A stretch of DNA of 64,000 bases from an uncultured Oscillospiraceae bacterium (GCA_900542375.1 UQNI01000001.1:2821-66820); one strand, 5' to 3'; positions 1 through 10,903 are shown, numbered from the stretch's first letter. Numbers and translations: made by a program. The notes: generated by a model not told the origin, from the letters alone.

Positions 1-1
1 A

Positions 2-901
2 GGCAGTTTATTGGTTGGTAAAATTGCTGCATTTATGAATCAAGCATTAAAAGAAGAAAAAGTAATCAAAGATACCGTTGTTTCGGCAGCAAGTCCACAG
101 GGAGAACGTATCTTTACGGTTTATGCAACACCCATTCAAAACAATAAAGAATCGGCAGTGTTGGCGGTAATTGCAGATGTCACGCATATCAGCAAATTGG
201 AACAGCTGCGGAGTGAATTTGTTGCCAATGTAACGCATGAGCTGAAAACACCGCTTACAGCAATACGCGGCAGCATTGAATTGCTCAAAAGCGCTGACAG
301 AGATGAGGAAACCCGAAGATATTTTTATGATGTTTTGGATATTGAAGCGGAACGGCTGCATCATTTAATTGATGACATGTTGGTATTGTCCCAGATTGAA
401 AATGCAAAGCCCGACAGTACAGAACAGCGGTGTGATGTAGCTCAGGAAATCCGTGAAACAGTGGCAAGATTATATCCGATTGCCGAAAAGGAGAACATTT
501 CTCTAAAGGTAGAGTTAAAAGACGGTATTTGGGTTGCATGTTCCTCATCACGCTTGCAGCAAATGCTTGGTAATCTGATTGAAAATGCAATCAAATACAA
601 TAAACCAAACGGTTCTGTGAAAATTACTGCAGAGGAATCGCGACAAATGGCAGTGATTCGCATTCAAGATACAGGAATCGGAATTGAAGAAGAACACTTT
701 AACAGATTGTTTGAGCGTTTTTATCGTGTAGATACCAGTAGGTCAAGAGCAATTGGTGGTACGGGGCTTGGCTTGTCTATTGTAAAGCATTTGGCTGTAC
801 TATACGGTGGAGAAGTAAGTGTGGAAAGTACGCCCGGGGTAGGAACTACTTTTACTGTGCGTCTGCCGCTGTTATTGCCGGAAAAACTTAATATGTCATA
901 A
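2..901 (+). CDS. Sensor histidine kinase, 5' end cut by the window edge (PhoR-like, HisKA + HATPase_c)
   Basis: Frame is open to the window start. H-box FVANVTHELKTPLTAI, N-box NLIENAIKYN, G-boxes DTGIGI and GGTGLGLSIV. Confidence 0.88.
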   Translation, partial: GSLLVGKIAAFMNQALKEEKVIKDTVVSAASPQGERIFTVYATPIQNNKESAVLAVIADVTHISKLEQLRSEFVANVTHELKTPLTAIRGSIELLKSADRDEETRRYFYDVLDIEAERLHHLIDDMLVLSQIENAKPDSTEQRCDVAQEIRETVARLYPIAEKENISLKVELKDGIWVACSSSRLQQMLGNLIENAIKYNKPNGSVKITAEESRQMAVIRIQDTGIGIEEEHFNRLFERFYRVDTSRSRAIGGTGLGLSIVKHLAVLYGGEVSVESTPGVGTTFTVRLPLLLPEKLNMS

Positions 902-934
902 AAACAGCAGCGAAATTTTTGCTGCTGTTTTTAT
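901..934 (+). terminator. Rho-independent terminator
   Basis: aaaacagcagc-loop-gctgctgtttt hairpin directly after the stop codon. Confidence 0.7.
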
Positions 935-1098
935 ATGGAATTTATGGTATCAAAAACGCATACAAATGGAATATTCATTCTAATTTTTACTATTAGTATA
1001 ATTTTTCGTTGAAAAACCGGCTGCACTATGTTAAAATAATAGCGTTTTCATATTGTATTGGCATAGTTACATATGATTTGATTGAGAAGGAGTTTGAA

Positions 1099-2052
1099 AT
1101 GAGCGAAAAAGAACAATTGCCAAAGGCGTCCACCGAGCCAAAAGAGCCGACGGACCATCATAAAAAAAGAAAAATTGCTATTATCATTACAGTAATTGTA
1201 TGTATCCTCATTGTTTTAATTGTTACATTGTGTTCCATTTTTCTGGCAGGAGGGCAACCTGGAAAAGACCAACCAGCTTCAGGCGATGCCAGTGGAGTGA
1301 GCTCTGCGGAAGGTACTTCCTCAACAGAGAGTGAACTTGCAGAAGGCGGCGGCGTACAAAAACCGGTTTATATCGACCCGAATTATGATGGAGTGACAGG
1401 TGGAGCCGGTACACAAGGAAGCTTAGAGGGAGGAAACACCAACGGCGGTACAGGAAATGGCGAAAATGACACAAATAATGGTCAAAACAATACAACCACT
1501 GCTGTAGGCAAGGTATCCTTGGATGCTGTAGATAAAAAGTTGTTGGTAGGAAAAACAGTGACATTAACGGCTGAAGTGTATCCTAATCAGGCAACGGATA
1601 AAAAACTTACATGGAAAAGCAGTAATGAGTCTGTAGCAACCGTAGAAAGCGGCGTAGTAACAGGAAAATCTCCGGGCGTGGCAGTGATTACAGCGACTAC
1701 CTCCAATGGAAAATCTTCCGCTTGTGTTGTAACGGTACGTGCCAAAACCGCTTATGATGCACCTTATGACAAAGATGCTATTTACGCAGATATGGTATCC
1801 TACGGCATAGGAAAAGGATTTACGTTGGATACTGCGTTGTCGGCTGATTCTGCTGAATATTTTGAAGAATATACAGGAGACGGCTGGTATCAAGATGCCC
1901 CGGAATCACTTTGGAGCAAATGTGCTTGGATGATTGATAATGCGGCTCAGTCAGTAACAAGCAGTACCGGCAGTATGGATGGGCATCGCTTTAATATTCT
2001 GTTAAAAGCGGATAATAATGGAGAATATCATATTTATGTGCTCTATCAATAA
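1099..2052 (+). CDS. Membrane-anchored protein with a G/S/N-rich linker, a Big_2 (Ig-like) domain and an unknown C-terminal domain
   Basis: ATG at 1099 preceded by gagaaggag. TM helix IAIIITVIVCILIVLIVTLCSIF. Big_2-like segment VTLTAEVYPNQATDKKLTWKSSNESVATVESGVVTGKSPGVAVITATT. Confidence 0.75.
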   Translation: MSEKEQLPKASTEPKEPTDHHKKRKIAIIITVIVCILIVLIVTLCSIFLAGGQPGKDQPASGDASGVSSAEGTSSTESELAEGGGVQKPVYIDPNYDGVTGGAGTQGSLEGGNTNGGTGNGENDTNNGQNNTTTAVGKVSLDAVDKKLLVGKTVTLTAEVYPNQATDKKLTWKSSNESVATVESGVVTGKSPGVAVITATTSNGKSSACVVTVRAKTAYDAPYDKDAIYADMVSYGIGKGFTLDTALSADSAEYFEEYTGDGWYQDAPESLWSKCAWMIDNAAQSVTSSTGSMDGHRFNILLKADNNGEYHIYVLYQ

Positions 2053-2062
2053 GAGAGAACAG

Positions 2063-2090
2063 GAACTTTTCGTTTGAAAAGTTCTTTTTC
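2063..2090 (+). terminator. Rho-independent terminator
   Basis: GAACTTTTC-gttt-GAAAAGTTC followed by a T run. Confidence 0.7.
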
Positions 2091-2171
2091 TTTATCGTTT
2101 TCTGCTTGTGGACGATAAACCGCCCATGAAAAAAGGAAAAGATTCATGCTTTTCAGTCATGATGATTCTTT

Positions 2172-2795
2172 ATGGAACATATGATTTTATTATGGAAAGG
2201 TGTGGTTATTGTGTTGATATGTTCCATAAAACCGAAAATAAAATTAACGGTTATTGTTATTTTAGGAATCATTGCAGCTATCATTGTATCCGTGATTATT
2301 TATTTTAATTTTAAAGGAGAGACATGGGTTATGGTGGCAGGCGCACAATATTCGATACAAGCCGGGGAAAACGAACAAAGAATCGACTTTTTAAAACAAT
2401 TTGGATGGGAAGTAGAGCAGGAACCCGTATCTATTGAGGAAATTGTCATTCCTCAACAGTTCAATCAGGTGTACGAACGCTACAATGAATTACAAAAAAC
2501 ACAAGGAATGGACCTTACCAAATATGCAGGAAAAACAGTAAAAAAAGTGGTATATCAAATTACAAATTATCAGCGGCAGGATACCATTGTGCATGCAACA
2601 CTGCTAATTTATCATGATAAAGTCATAGGAGGTGATATCAGCTCTGCCGAGTTAGATGGGTTCATGTATGGTTTTATGGGAGAAGGCTCACAGGAGACCA
2701 ATCAATTATCCGGTTCTATGATAGCATCTGAGATTGAGGAGGCTTCGCAGCAATCCAAAGGAGAAATTCCTACCACAGCGTATCCAACAGACTGA
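2172..2795 (+). CDS. DUF4830-like membrane-anchored protein (start codon uncertain)
   Basis: N-terminal TM helix, then ENEQRIDFLKQFGWEVEQEPVSIEEIVIPQQF...YNELQKTQGMDLTKYAGK, which I recognise as the DUF4830 pattern common in Clostridia. Confidence 0.6.
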   Translation: MEHMILLWKGVVIVLICSIKPKIKLTVIVILGIIAAIIVSVIIYFNFKGETWVMVAGAQYSIQAGENEQRIDFLKQFGWEVEQEPVSIEEIVIPQQFNQVYERYNELQKTQGMDLTKYAGKTVKKVVYQITNYQRQDTIVHATLLIYHDKVIGGDISSAELDGFMYGFMGEGSQETNQLSGSMIASEIEEASQQSKGEIPTTAYPTD

Positions 2796-2861
2796 TAAGA
2801 CTTTCTCTTGCAGGAAAAGTATGATAAAATAAAGCGACTGATAACAGGAGCGGATGGAAAC

Positions 2862-3575
2862 ATGAAAGAACGTTTGGATAAAATTCTTGCATCTCAAAAT
2901 ATAGGAAGCAGAAAAGACGTAGGATTGCTGATACGTAAAGGGGCAATTACGGTAAATGGTCTTGTTGTGAAGAAATCTGATACGAAAGTGGATGGAGACC
3001 TTGACGAAATTTGTGTCAACGGTATTTCGCTGCAATTTAAACGCCATTTATATCTTATGATGAACAAACCCGCAGGGATACTAAGTGCAGCCAGGGACAG
3101 CCGTATGCAGACAGTACTGGACTTATTGCCTGAAGTATATCGCCGCCGTGGATTATTTCCTGCAGGAAGACTGGACCGTGATACGGAGGGGCTTTTAATT
3201 ATTACAGATGATGGAGATTTTGCGCATAAAATGTTGTCTCCCAAAAGCAACGTGTTTAAAGTGTATCATGCAAAATTGGATGCCCCTGTGACAGATGAAG
3301 ATATCACTGCATTTGAAACAGGAATTGTGATTGGTGACCTGCATTGTTTGCCGGCACATTTGGAACGTTTGGAAAAGGAAGGGGAACCATGGGCAAAGGT
3401 GACCATTTGTGAGGGGAAGTTTCACCAAGTAAAACGAATGTTTTTAGCGCGAGGCAAACAAGTTGTATATTTGGAAAGAATTCAAATAGGAAATCTACAG
3501 TTGGACACAGATTTACATAGAGGAGAAACACGGGAATTAACAGAACAAGAGAGAACTGCAATTTTTCATAAATAA
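2862..3575 (+). CDS. rsuA: RsuA-family rRNA pseudouridine synthase (S4 domain + PseudoU_synth_2)
   Basis: MKERLDKILA S4-type N-terminus. Catalytic motif PAGRLDRDTEGLLIITDDG. KFHQVKRMF motif. AGGAG lies upstream of the ATG at 2862. Confidence 0.85.
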   Translation: MKERLDKILASQNIGSRKDVGLLIRKGAITVNGLVVKKSDTKVDGDLDEICVNGISLQFKRHLYLMMNKPAGILSAARDSRMQTVLDLLPEVYRRRGLFPAGRLDRDTEGLLIITDDGDFAHKMLSPKSNVFKVYHAKLDAPVTDEDITAFETGIVIGDLHCLPAHLERLEKEGEPWAKVTICEGKFHQVKRMFLARGKQVVYLERIQIGNLQLDTDLHRGETRELTEQERTAIFHK

Positions 3576-3579
3576 TCGT

Positions 3580-3613
3580 AAAAAGAACTGTATATTGTGA
3601 CAGTTCTTTTTTT
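3580..3613 (+). terminator. Rho-independent terminator
   Basis: agaactg-loop-cagttct followed by tttttt. Confidence 0.7.
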
Positions 3614-3855
3614 ATATACAAAATACACAAAAGATTTTGGGAAAAGAATGGACAGACAGTTTTTGAAAAATAAACTTTTTTCAAAAAATCATATGATTTT
3701 ATGCTAAATAGGTTGAAAAAAACGTAATCTTTGTGTAAAATAAATAATACAATAAATATTTGTGGTGACAAACTTACCAAATGTTAAAAAAATTTTAAGG
3801 TATTCATGAACAAATTGCTTTACGCAATTCTTACAAAAAAGTGAGGGAAAATGAT

Positions 3856-4941
3856 ATGTCGAACAGATTATTCCAAGGTGTGATTCATCAAATGCGTGAC
3901 GCCATTGACAGAACAATTGGCGTTATGGACGAAACATCCGTTATAATTGCGTGCAGTGAACTTGGCAGAATTGGAGAAGTAAACGAAAGTGTAAATGCAG
4001 AGACAATGGCCTCTACCGATACTTTTGTTTTAAACGGTTATACTTATAAATCATTTGGCAGCCGTCCCAAACCGGAGTTTGCCGTATTTGTATCCGGTAC
4101 AGATAGTGAGGCTGTAAAGTACGCCAATTTATTGGCAATTTCTCTTGGAAGCATCAAACAATATTATGATGAAAAATATGATCGCAGCAATTTTATCAAA
4201 AATGTAATTTTAGATAACATTTTACCTGGTGATATTTATTTAAAGGCCAGAGAATTGCGCTTTAATACGGATGTAAGCCGTGTGTGCATGTTGATTAAAA
4301 TTACCAATAAATCTGATGTTTCCGCTTATGATGTCATTCAAAATTTATTCCCTGATAAAACAAAAGACTTTATCATCAATATTAATGAAACTGATATTGC
4401 CTTGGTCAAAGAAATACGCAGCGATATTGAAATGAAAGACTTGGATAAACTGGCAAGCTCTATTGTAGATACATTATCCAGCGAATATTATATCCATTGT
4501 ATGATTGGTATCGGTACCATTGTTGTGGGTATTAAAGATTTGGCACGCTCCTTTAAGGAAGCTCAGGTTGCAATGGAAGTAGGCAAAGTGTTTGATACGG
4601 AAAAAACCATTGTAAGCTATGATAATTTGGGCATTGCACGTTTGATTTATCAATTGCCTACCACCTTATGCGATATGTTCCTGAAAGAAGTATTCAAACG
4701 CGGCTCCATAGAATCTTTAGACCATGAAACATTGTTTACCATTCAACGTTTTTTTGAAAATAATTTAAACGTATCAGAAACTTCCCGTAAACTTTTTGTT
4801 CATAGAAATACCTTAGTTTATCGTTTGGAAAAAATTAAAAAAATTACAGGTTTAGACTTGCGTGAGTTTGAAGATGCGATTGTATTTAAAGTTGCTTTAA
4901 TGGTGAAAAAGTATCTTTCTTCCAATCCTGTAAAGTTTTAG
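3856..4941 (+). CDS. PucR/CdaR-family transcriptional regulator (diacid-recognition-like N-terminus, PucR C-terminal HTH)
   Basis: C-terminal HTH NVSETSRKLFVHRNTLVYRLEKIKKITGLDLREFEDA. N-terminus resembles the CdaR sugar-diacid recognition domain. Confidence 0.8.
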   Translation: MSNRLFQGVIHQMRDAIDRTIGVMDETSVIIACSELGRIGEVNESVNAETMASTDTFVLNGYTYKSFGSRPKPEFAVFVSGTDSEAVKYANLLAISLGSIKQYYDEKYDRSNFIKNVILDNILPGDIYLKARELRFNTDVSRVCMLIKITNKSDVSAYDVIQNLFPDKTKDFIININETDIALVKEIRSDIEMKDLDKLASSIVDTLSSEYYIHCMIGIGTIVVGIKDLARSFKEAQVAMEVGKVFDTEKTIVSYDNLGIARLIYQLPTTLCDMFLKEVFKRGSIESLDHETLFTIQRFFENNLNVSETSRKLFVHRNTLVYRLEKIKKITGLDLREFEDAIVFKVALMVKKYLSSNPVKF

Positions 4942-5128
4942 AATTATTTTTTCTTGATATTTCCAGTCGCTACAGAGTTAACAAAATAATTACAAAATAA
5001 TTACAGTTATTTTCATTAAAAGAATTATAAAAGAAAGACCCATTGGTATGATTGTAAATAATATCAGTGGGTTTTGACACTTTTTCAAAAACTTACTCGA
5101 ATTTTGTTACCAATGAGGAGAATTTGTT

Positions 5129-6202
5129 TTGATAGAGTTTAAGAATGTCTCCAAAGTATACCCCAATGGTGCGGTGGCTTTGAAGAATGTAAACATTAAC
5201 ATAGAAAAAGGCGAATTCGTTTTTATCGTAGGCTCCTCCGGTGCCGGTAAAAGTACTTTTTTGAAGTTAATTATGTGCGAAGAAAAACCGGAATCCGGCG
5301 ACATTATATTCAACGGGCGAAATTTGTCAAAAATACGTAAGAGAGAAATTCCGTATATCAGACGTAATATGGGAACCGTGTTCCAGGATTTCCGCCTGAT
5401 TGACCATATGACTGTTTATGATAATGTTGCATTTGCCATGCATGTTGTAGGGGCAAGTAACCGTGAGATTAAAAAACGTGTACCTTATATTTGCGGATTG
5501 GTTGGCCTTGAGAAAAAGATGAAGTGCAAACCTCATGAACTTTCCGGCGGCGAACAGCAGCGTGTTGGCTTGGCAAGAGCGCTTGTGAATAATCCCAAAA
5601 TTATCATTGCAGACGAACCTACAGGTAACGTTGACCCGGATTTATCCTTTGAAATTGTAGATTTGCTCAGCGAAATTAACCGCCGCGGTACCACTGTTCT
5701 TATGGTTACTCACGAACATGACTTGGTTCAACATTTCCATAAACGTGTCATTGAAATTCACGGTGGTGTTGTGGTTGCTGATACAAACGTGAAAAATCAG
5801 CCGCAGCCTTATGTAAGGGGAGCATCGGTACCAAATACGCCTGAACAAGAACAGGATACATTCCAAGATGATGATTTGCTTGATGATGATTATAGAGAAG
5901 ACGATGCAGGCGAACAAGTTACATATCCAGACTCTGATTATCAGGAAATGTTAAGACGTTACAGTGTTGCTTCAGAAGAGGAACTGGAAGAGCAAACGGA
6001 AGAAGTGAAAGAATATATTCCGGGACATGTAAAAGAACATATTGTAAATGTCGAGACAATTTCTCAACCGGAGGCTCAGTCGGAAGACGAAGATAATGAG
6101 GAAGAAATTGTTCATTATGAAGATGCATTGGAAGAGCTTGAAAATGTTTTAAAACATGAAACAGAAGAGGACGAGAAAGACAAGGAGGTGGCAAAGGGAT
6201 GA
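5129..6202 (+). CDS. ftsE: Cell-division ABC ATPase FtsE with a ~135-aa highly acidic C-terminal extension
   Basis: TTG start with AGGAG 7 nt upstream. Walker A GSSGAGKST, signature LSGGEQQRV, Walker B IIIADEPT. 4-nt overlap with ftsX. Confidence 0.9.
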   Translation: MIEFKNVSKVYPNGAVALKNVNINIEKGEFVFIVGSSGAGKSTFLKLIMCEEKPESGDIIFNGRNLSKIRKREIPYIRRNMGTVFQDFRLIDHMTVYDNVAFAMHVVGASNREIKKRVPYICGLVGLEKKMKCKPHELSGGEQQRVGLARALVNNPKIIIADEPTGNVDPDLSFEIVDLLSEINRRGTTVLMVTHEHDLVQHFHKRVIEIHGGVVVADTNVKNQPQPYVRGASVPNTPEQEQDTFQDDDLLDDDYREDDAGEQVTYPDSDYQEMLRRYSVASEEELEEQTEEVKEYIPGHVKEHIVNVETISQPEAQSEDEDNEEEIVHYEDALEELENVLKHETEEDEKDKEVAKG

Positions 6203-7104
6203 AATTAGGCTACCTGTTTAAAGAAGGCGTAAAAAATGCTTGGTCTAATCGTACTATGACAATTGCTTCCATAGCTGTTTTGGTTTCTTGTCTATTATTA
6301 ACCGGCTCTGCAGTTCTGTTTTCTATGAATCTTGCTAAGGCTATGGAGGTTTTCCAGGGAGGAAACTCCATTCAGGTATATCTGGATGATGGATTACCTA
6401 CTTTGGAATCTGTAAAAATAGGAGAAGCAATTAAATCGATTGATAATGTAGAGAATTGTGAGTTTGTTTCAAAAGATGAAGCGGTGCAGAGCTATATTGA
6501 CGCTTTGGGCGGTGATGGCGATATTCTGGCCGGATTAACGGGAGAAAATAATCCACTGCCGGATGCCTTTAGAATTTCATTAAAAGATTTATCCATTTAT
6601 GAAGAAACAGCACAGCAGATTTTAAGTATTGAGGGCGTACAAAAAATTAATGACTATTCCGAAGTTGCAAATAAATTAACAAGACTGGACACTATGGTGA
6701 AAATTGTTGCAATCAGTGTTGTAACTGTATTAGGTATCGTTTCACTGTTTATTATTGCGAATACCATTCGAGTCACTATGCACTCCAGAAGACTGGAAAT
6801 CAGTATTATGAAATCGGTTGGTGCTACAAACGGTTTTGTAAGGGTGCCATTTTTAGTGGAAGGTGCTTTAATCGGATGTATTTCCGGTTTGATTTCCAGT
6901 GGTTTGGTTGCATTGGCATACAATTATGTAATGAAGGTTATTTCCAGCCTGATGTCATCGTTTATACCATTGCCGTTATCAACAGTCATTCCATGGACTA
7001 TTTTAGCGTTTGTTGGGGCAGGTATTTTATTTGGACTTGTTGGCGGTCTAATCTCCATTGGAAAGTATTTGAATAAAGAAGGGAGTAAGGTAATTGCTTT
7101 GTAA
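6199..7104 (+). CDS. ftsX: Cell-division permease FtsX
   Basis: Typical N-terminus LKEGVKNAWSNRTMTIASI. Large extracellular loop followed by 3 C-terminal TM helices. ATGA overlap with ftsE. Confidence 0.9.
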   Translation: MKLGYLFKEGVKNAWSNRTMTIASIAVLVSCLLLTGSAVLFSMNLAKAMEVFQGGNSIQVYLDDGLPTLESVKIGEAIKSIDNVENCEFVSKDEAVQSYIDALGGDGDILAGLTGENNPLPDAFRISLKDLSIYEETAQQILSIEGVQKINDYSEVANKLTRLDTMVKIVAISVVTVLGIVSLFIIANTIRVTMHSRRLEISIMKSVGATNGFVRVPFLVEGALIGCISGLISSGLVALAYNYVMKVISSLMSSFIPLPLSTVIPWTILAFVGAGILFGLVGGLISIGKYLNKEGSKVIAL

Positions 7105-8440
7105 AACTTTGAGAAACAAAATTATTAAAATTGCATTGATTGCTACTATGGCTGTTTCTGTTACCGTAGCGCCAATCATGCATACATATTTCACTCCTAC
7201 CGTTTCCGCTGCATCTTCGTTGGATGAACTGCAGGAAAAACAAAGTGAAATTGAACAACAAAAAGAAGAAACCAACGCAAAGTTGGAAAGCTTGAAAGCT
7301 GACCAAACACAGCAGCAAGAGTACAAAAATACACTTGACCAACAATTGTATAATGTAAAACAAGAAAAATATGTGATTGAAGAGCGTATTAGTGTACTGG
7401 ATGCTCAAATTGTTGAAAAGCAAGCTGCAATTGAAGATAAACAAGCAGAAATTGACGCCAATTTTGAACAATTGGGTCAACGTCTAAATGCAATTTATCT
7501 TGCAGGTGAAACAACTACGCTAGAAATCTTACTTCATTCCAGCAATGCAACTGAGCTAATGGACAACATGGAGGTAGTGCAGAGCATTACAGAACATGAT
7601 AAAAAACTAATTGAAGAGTTACAAACAGCTATCAGTGAAATTAAAGATGAAAAAGCTGAGATTGAAGCCAACCGTGACGAAGTAGCCAGCGCTAAAGTGG
7701 AGCTTGACCAAAAGCAGGAAGAAATCAATGCACTTGTAGAAGAGAGCAATCGTGTATTGGAAGAGCTAAATGCGAATATTGCTCAAGAAAATGAGCATTT
7801 ACATGTTTTGGATGAACAAAGTGCCGAAGCGGCTGCAGCGGTTGATCAGTGGTTTGCGGATTATTATGCACAACAAGCACAACAAGCGCAGCAAAATCAA
7901 AACAATAATTCCGGCAGCTCTGGAAACTCAGGTGGTTCCGGCAATTCCGGCGGTTCTACCAACGGTGGCGGAAGTTCTTCCGGTGGGGGAAGTTCCAGTG
8001 GCGGTGGAGCCATTATTAACGGTGGTTTAAGTTCCACAGGTTGGATGTTCCCTGCGCCGGGTACATACGGATTGACTTCTGATTTTAGCGATGGCAGAAA
8101 TCACGGTGCTTGGGATATCGCTACTGGAGGATGTTACGGTAACCCAATAGTTGCAGCAAAATCAGGTACAGTTATGAATGCTATGCCTGATCCTTACGGA
8201 TATGGCACCTACGTAATGATTGATCATGGAAATGGCTATATTACTGTATACGGTCATATGAGCAGCAAAATTGCTACTCCGGGTCAATATGTTGAACAAG
8301 GACAAGTAATTGGTTATATTGGAAATACAGGTCAGTCCACAGGACCACACCTACACTTTGAGGTGCGCTACATGGGAGTAAAACAAGATCCTCTTAATTA
8401 CTATCCTGATATTTACGGCTCTTTAACTAAATATTTTTAG
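7094..8440 (+). CDS. Secreted coiled-coil M23 (LytM) peptidoglycan hydrolase, PcsB/EnvC-like partner of FtsEX
   Basis: Signal peptide, ~250 aa of coiled coil, a G/S-rich linker, then an M23 domain (HGAWDIA ... GNTGQSTGPHLHFEV). Overlaps the ftsX stop. Confidence 0.85.
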   Translation: MLCKTLRNKIIKIALIATMAVSVTVAPIMHTYFTPTVSAASSLDELQEKQSEIEQQKEETNAKLESLKADQTQQQEYKNTLDQQLYNVKQEKYVIEERISVLDAQIVEKQAAIEDKQAEIDANFEQLGQRLNAIYLAGETTTLEILLHSSNATELMDNMEVVQSITEHDKKLIEELQTAISEIKDEKAEIEANRDEVASAKVELDQKQEEINALVEESNRVLEELNANIAQENEHLHVLDEQSAEAAAAVDQWFADYYAQQAQQAQQNQNNNSGSSGNSGGSGNSGGSTNGGGSSSGGGSSSGGGAIINGGLSSTGWMFPAPGTYGLTSDFSDGRNHGAWDIATGGCYGNPIVAAKSGTVMNAMPDPYGYGTYVMIDHGNGYITVYGHMSSKIATPGQYVEQGQVIGYIGNTGQSTGPHLHFEVRYMGVKQDPLNYYPDIYGSLTKYF

Positions 8441-8592
8441 TGCTTAAAAACGATTCTGAAGGTAAATTCAGAATCGTTTTTGATTTGTAAAAGAAAATGA
8501 TTATCTTGAGTTCTTTACTGTATTGTCAATCTTTATTTTTTGTAATTATAAATTTATGGGGTAGGTATTTTGTTCTAAACTCCTAATTGTCA

Positions 8593-8621
8593 TTGACAGA
8601 TACAGGCACTTTTACTATAAT
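8593..8621 (+). promoter_or_regulatory. Sigma-A-type promoter for greA-lysS
   Basis: TTGACA-17 nt-TATAAT. Confidence 0.5.
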
Positions 8622-8711
8622 AGGACATAAGTATTAATCAATGCTTACAGCATTTTATTTATACAGCACACACCAATTTTATATCAATATCATAAAGGTG
8701 GTTATTCACAT

Positions 8712-9197
8712 ATGTCTAAACCAATTTTTTTGACAGAAGAGGGCCTTGCAGCGCTGGAGCAAGAACTGGAAGATTTAAAATCTGTCAAACGTAAAGAAAT
8801 TGCAGAGAAAATTAAAGTCGCACTGTCATTTGGTGACTTGTCTGAAAATAGTGAATATGATGAGGCGAAAAACGACCAAGCCATTGTAGAAGCACGTATT
8901 GCAGATATTGAGGTTATGCTGAAAAACGTGCAAGTCATTGATGAAAGTGAACTTGGCACAGAGAATATCCACATTGGTTCTAAAGTGGAAGTAAAAGTAA
9001 CTGCGGTGAAAAATGGAGAGTCCAGTATTAAAGAATACCGCATTGTAGGTTCTAACGAAGCAAACCCAAAAGCAGGAAGAATTTCTGATGAATCTTTGAT
9101 TGGAAAATCTTTATTGGGACATACTGTAGGAGATAAGGTGGAAGTGGAAGTACCTGCAGGTGTTATGCTTTATGAAGTGTTAAGTATTTCAAAGTAA
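8712..9197 (+). CDS. greA: Transcription elongation factor GreA
   Basis: LTEEGLAALEQELEDLK ... SENSEYDEAKNDQA ... ISDESLIGKSLLGH, full-length GreA pattern. Confidence 0.95.
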   Translation: MSKPIFLTEEGLAALEQELEDLKSVKRKEIAEKIKVALSFGDLSENSEYDEAKNDQAIVEARIADIEVMLKNVQVIDESELGTENIHIGSKVEVKVTAVKNGESSIKEYRIVGSNEANPKAGRISDESLIGKSLLGHTVGDKVEVEVPAGVMLYEVLSISK

Positions 9198-9272
9198 GAT
9201 TGTAGGGGGGCGGCGTGAGTTTTTCACCCTGCCCTTTTATTTTTAAGAAGTTTAAAGTAGGGAGAGTATAAC

Positions 9273-10781
9273 ATGAGCGAAAAGGAAAAAGAGGCTATTG
9301 TGGAAGAACAGCAGCAAGATATCAGTGAATTACTTCAAATTCGCCGTGATAAATTGGCTGCATTACAAGCAGAAGGGAACAATCCGTTTTTTGTAAATAC
9401 TTGCGATAAAGATATCAGTGCACAGGAAATTCATGACCGCTTTGAAGAGCTGGAAGGAAAAGATGTGTGCATTGCAGGCCGTATTATGAGCTGGCGTGAT
9501 ATGGGAAAAGCAAGTTTTATGGATATCCACGACCGTTCAGGACGAATGCAGGTATATTTGAAAATAGATGAAGTTGGAGAGGATGTGTACAAGGGCCTTT
9601 CTAATTGGGATTTAGGTGATATTGCAGAAGTAAAAGGATATGTATTCAGAACACGCCGCGGAGAAATTTCCGTACATGCAAAATCTATTCGTTTGCTTTC
9701 CAAATCTTTGCTTCCATTGCCTGAAAAGTTCCATGGACTTAAGGATACAGACTTAAGATACCGTCAACGCTATGTGGATTTGATTGTAAATCCGGAAGTA
9801 AAAGATACTTTTATCAAACGCAGTAAAATTATCAGCACTATGCGTTCTGTACTGGATAACTTAGGATTTATTGAGGTGGAAACTCCTATTTTAAACACCA
9901 TCGCGGGCGGTGCTGCTGCCAGACCTTTTATTACACATCACAATACATTAAATATGGATTTGTTTTTGCGTATTGCGCCTGAGCTGTATCTGAAACGTCT
10001 CATTGTAGGCGGTATGGAAAAGGTGTATGAAATTGGACGCCAATTCCGTAATGAAGGTATGTCTGTGAAACATAATCCTGAATTTACTACCATTGAACTG
10101 TATGAAGCGTATACAGATTACCATGGTATGATGGATATCACAGAGAATTTAATCAATGCTTGTGCACAAGCTGTTTGTGGAAGCGATATCATTACGTATC
10201 AAGGGGAAGAAGTCAATCTGCAAAAACCATTTCGTCGCTTGACCATGATAGAAGCTGTGAAAGAATATACAGGTGTGGATTTTGATGCATTCGTAGGCGA
10301 CAATGAAAAGGCCCATGCTGTGGCAAAAGAATTGAATCTGCCTGTTGAAAAGCATCATGTTTGGGGCGATATTTTAAATCTGGCATTTGAAGAAAAAGTA
10401 GAAGAAAAACTTCTGCAGCCAACCTTCATCTGTGATTATCCTGTTGAGGTTTCTCCACTGACAAAACGAAAAGCGGATAGACCCGAACTGGTAGAACGCT
10501 TTGAGTTGTTTATTACACGCCGCGAATTTGCAAATGCATATACAGAATTAAATGACCCAATAGACCAAAAAGAGCGTTTTGAATATCAAATGAAATTACG
10601 CGAACAAGGTGATGAAGAGGCCAACCAAATTGATGACGATTTCATTACAGCACTGGAATATGGTATGCCTCCTACCGGTGGTATGGGTATGGGAATTGAC
10701 CGTTTAGCAATGCTGTTGACAGATAGTGCATCCATTCGTGATGTATTGCTATTCCCCACAATGAAGCCTTTAAACAATTAA
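9273..10781 (+). CDS. lysS: Lysine--tRNA ligase (class II)
   Basis: OB-fold N-domain and class II motifs ([21 protein letters not shown]). Confidence 0.97.
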   Translation: MSEKEKEAIVEEQQQDISELLQIRRDKLAALQAEGNNPFFVNTCDKDISAQEIHDRFEELEGKDVCIAGRIMSWRDMGKASFMDIHDRSGRMQVYLKIDEVGEDVYKGLSNWDLGDIAEVKGYVFRTRRGEISVHAKSIRLLSKSLLPLPEKFHGLKDTDLRYRQRYVDLIVNPEVKDTFIKRSKIISTMRSVLDNLGFIEVETPILNTIAGGAAARPFITHHNTLNMDLFLRIAPELYLKRLIVGGMEKVYEIGRQFRNEGMSVKHNPEFTTIELYEAYTDYHGMMDITENLINACAQAVCGSDIITYQGEEVNLQKPFRRLTMIEAVKEYTGVDFDAFVGDNEKAHAVAKELNLPVEKHHVWGDILNLAFEEKVEEKLLQPTFICDYPVEVSPLTKRKADRPELVERFELFITRREFANAYTELNDPIDQKERFEYQMKLREQGDEEANQIDDDFITALEYGMPPTGGMGMGIDRLAMLLTDSASIRDVLLFPTMKPLNN

Positions 10782-10903
10782 AAAGTACGCAAATCTATAT
10801 AGGCAATGAGTTTTTGAGAATTTAAAAAATTTTAGGCCGTATATCTTATTTCATTCGGTAGAAAGAAATAAGCCGATAGTTACAAATATATTATGAATAG
10901 ATA

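Noticed and set aside
7048-7749. Several minus-strand ORFs (92, 160 and 71 aa) inside the M23 hydrolase gene
   Set aside because: They are artefacts of the stop-poor antisense strand of a Q/E/K-rich coiled-coil coding region.
9198-9272. T-box or other leader riboswitches upstream of lysS, ilvD (12767-12918) and leuC (14575-14704)
   Set aside because: The leaders are too short (75-150 nt) and lack specifier or T-box sequences or recognisable riboswitch cores.
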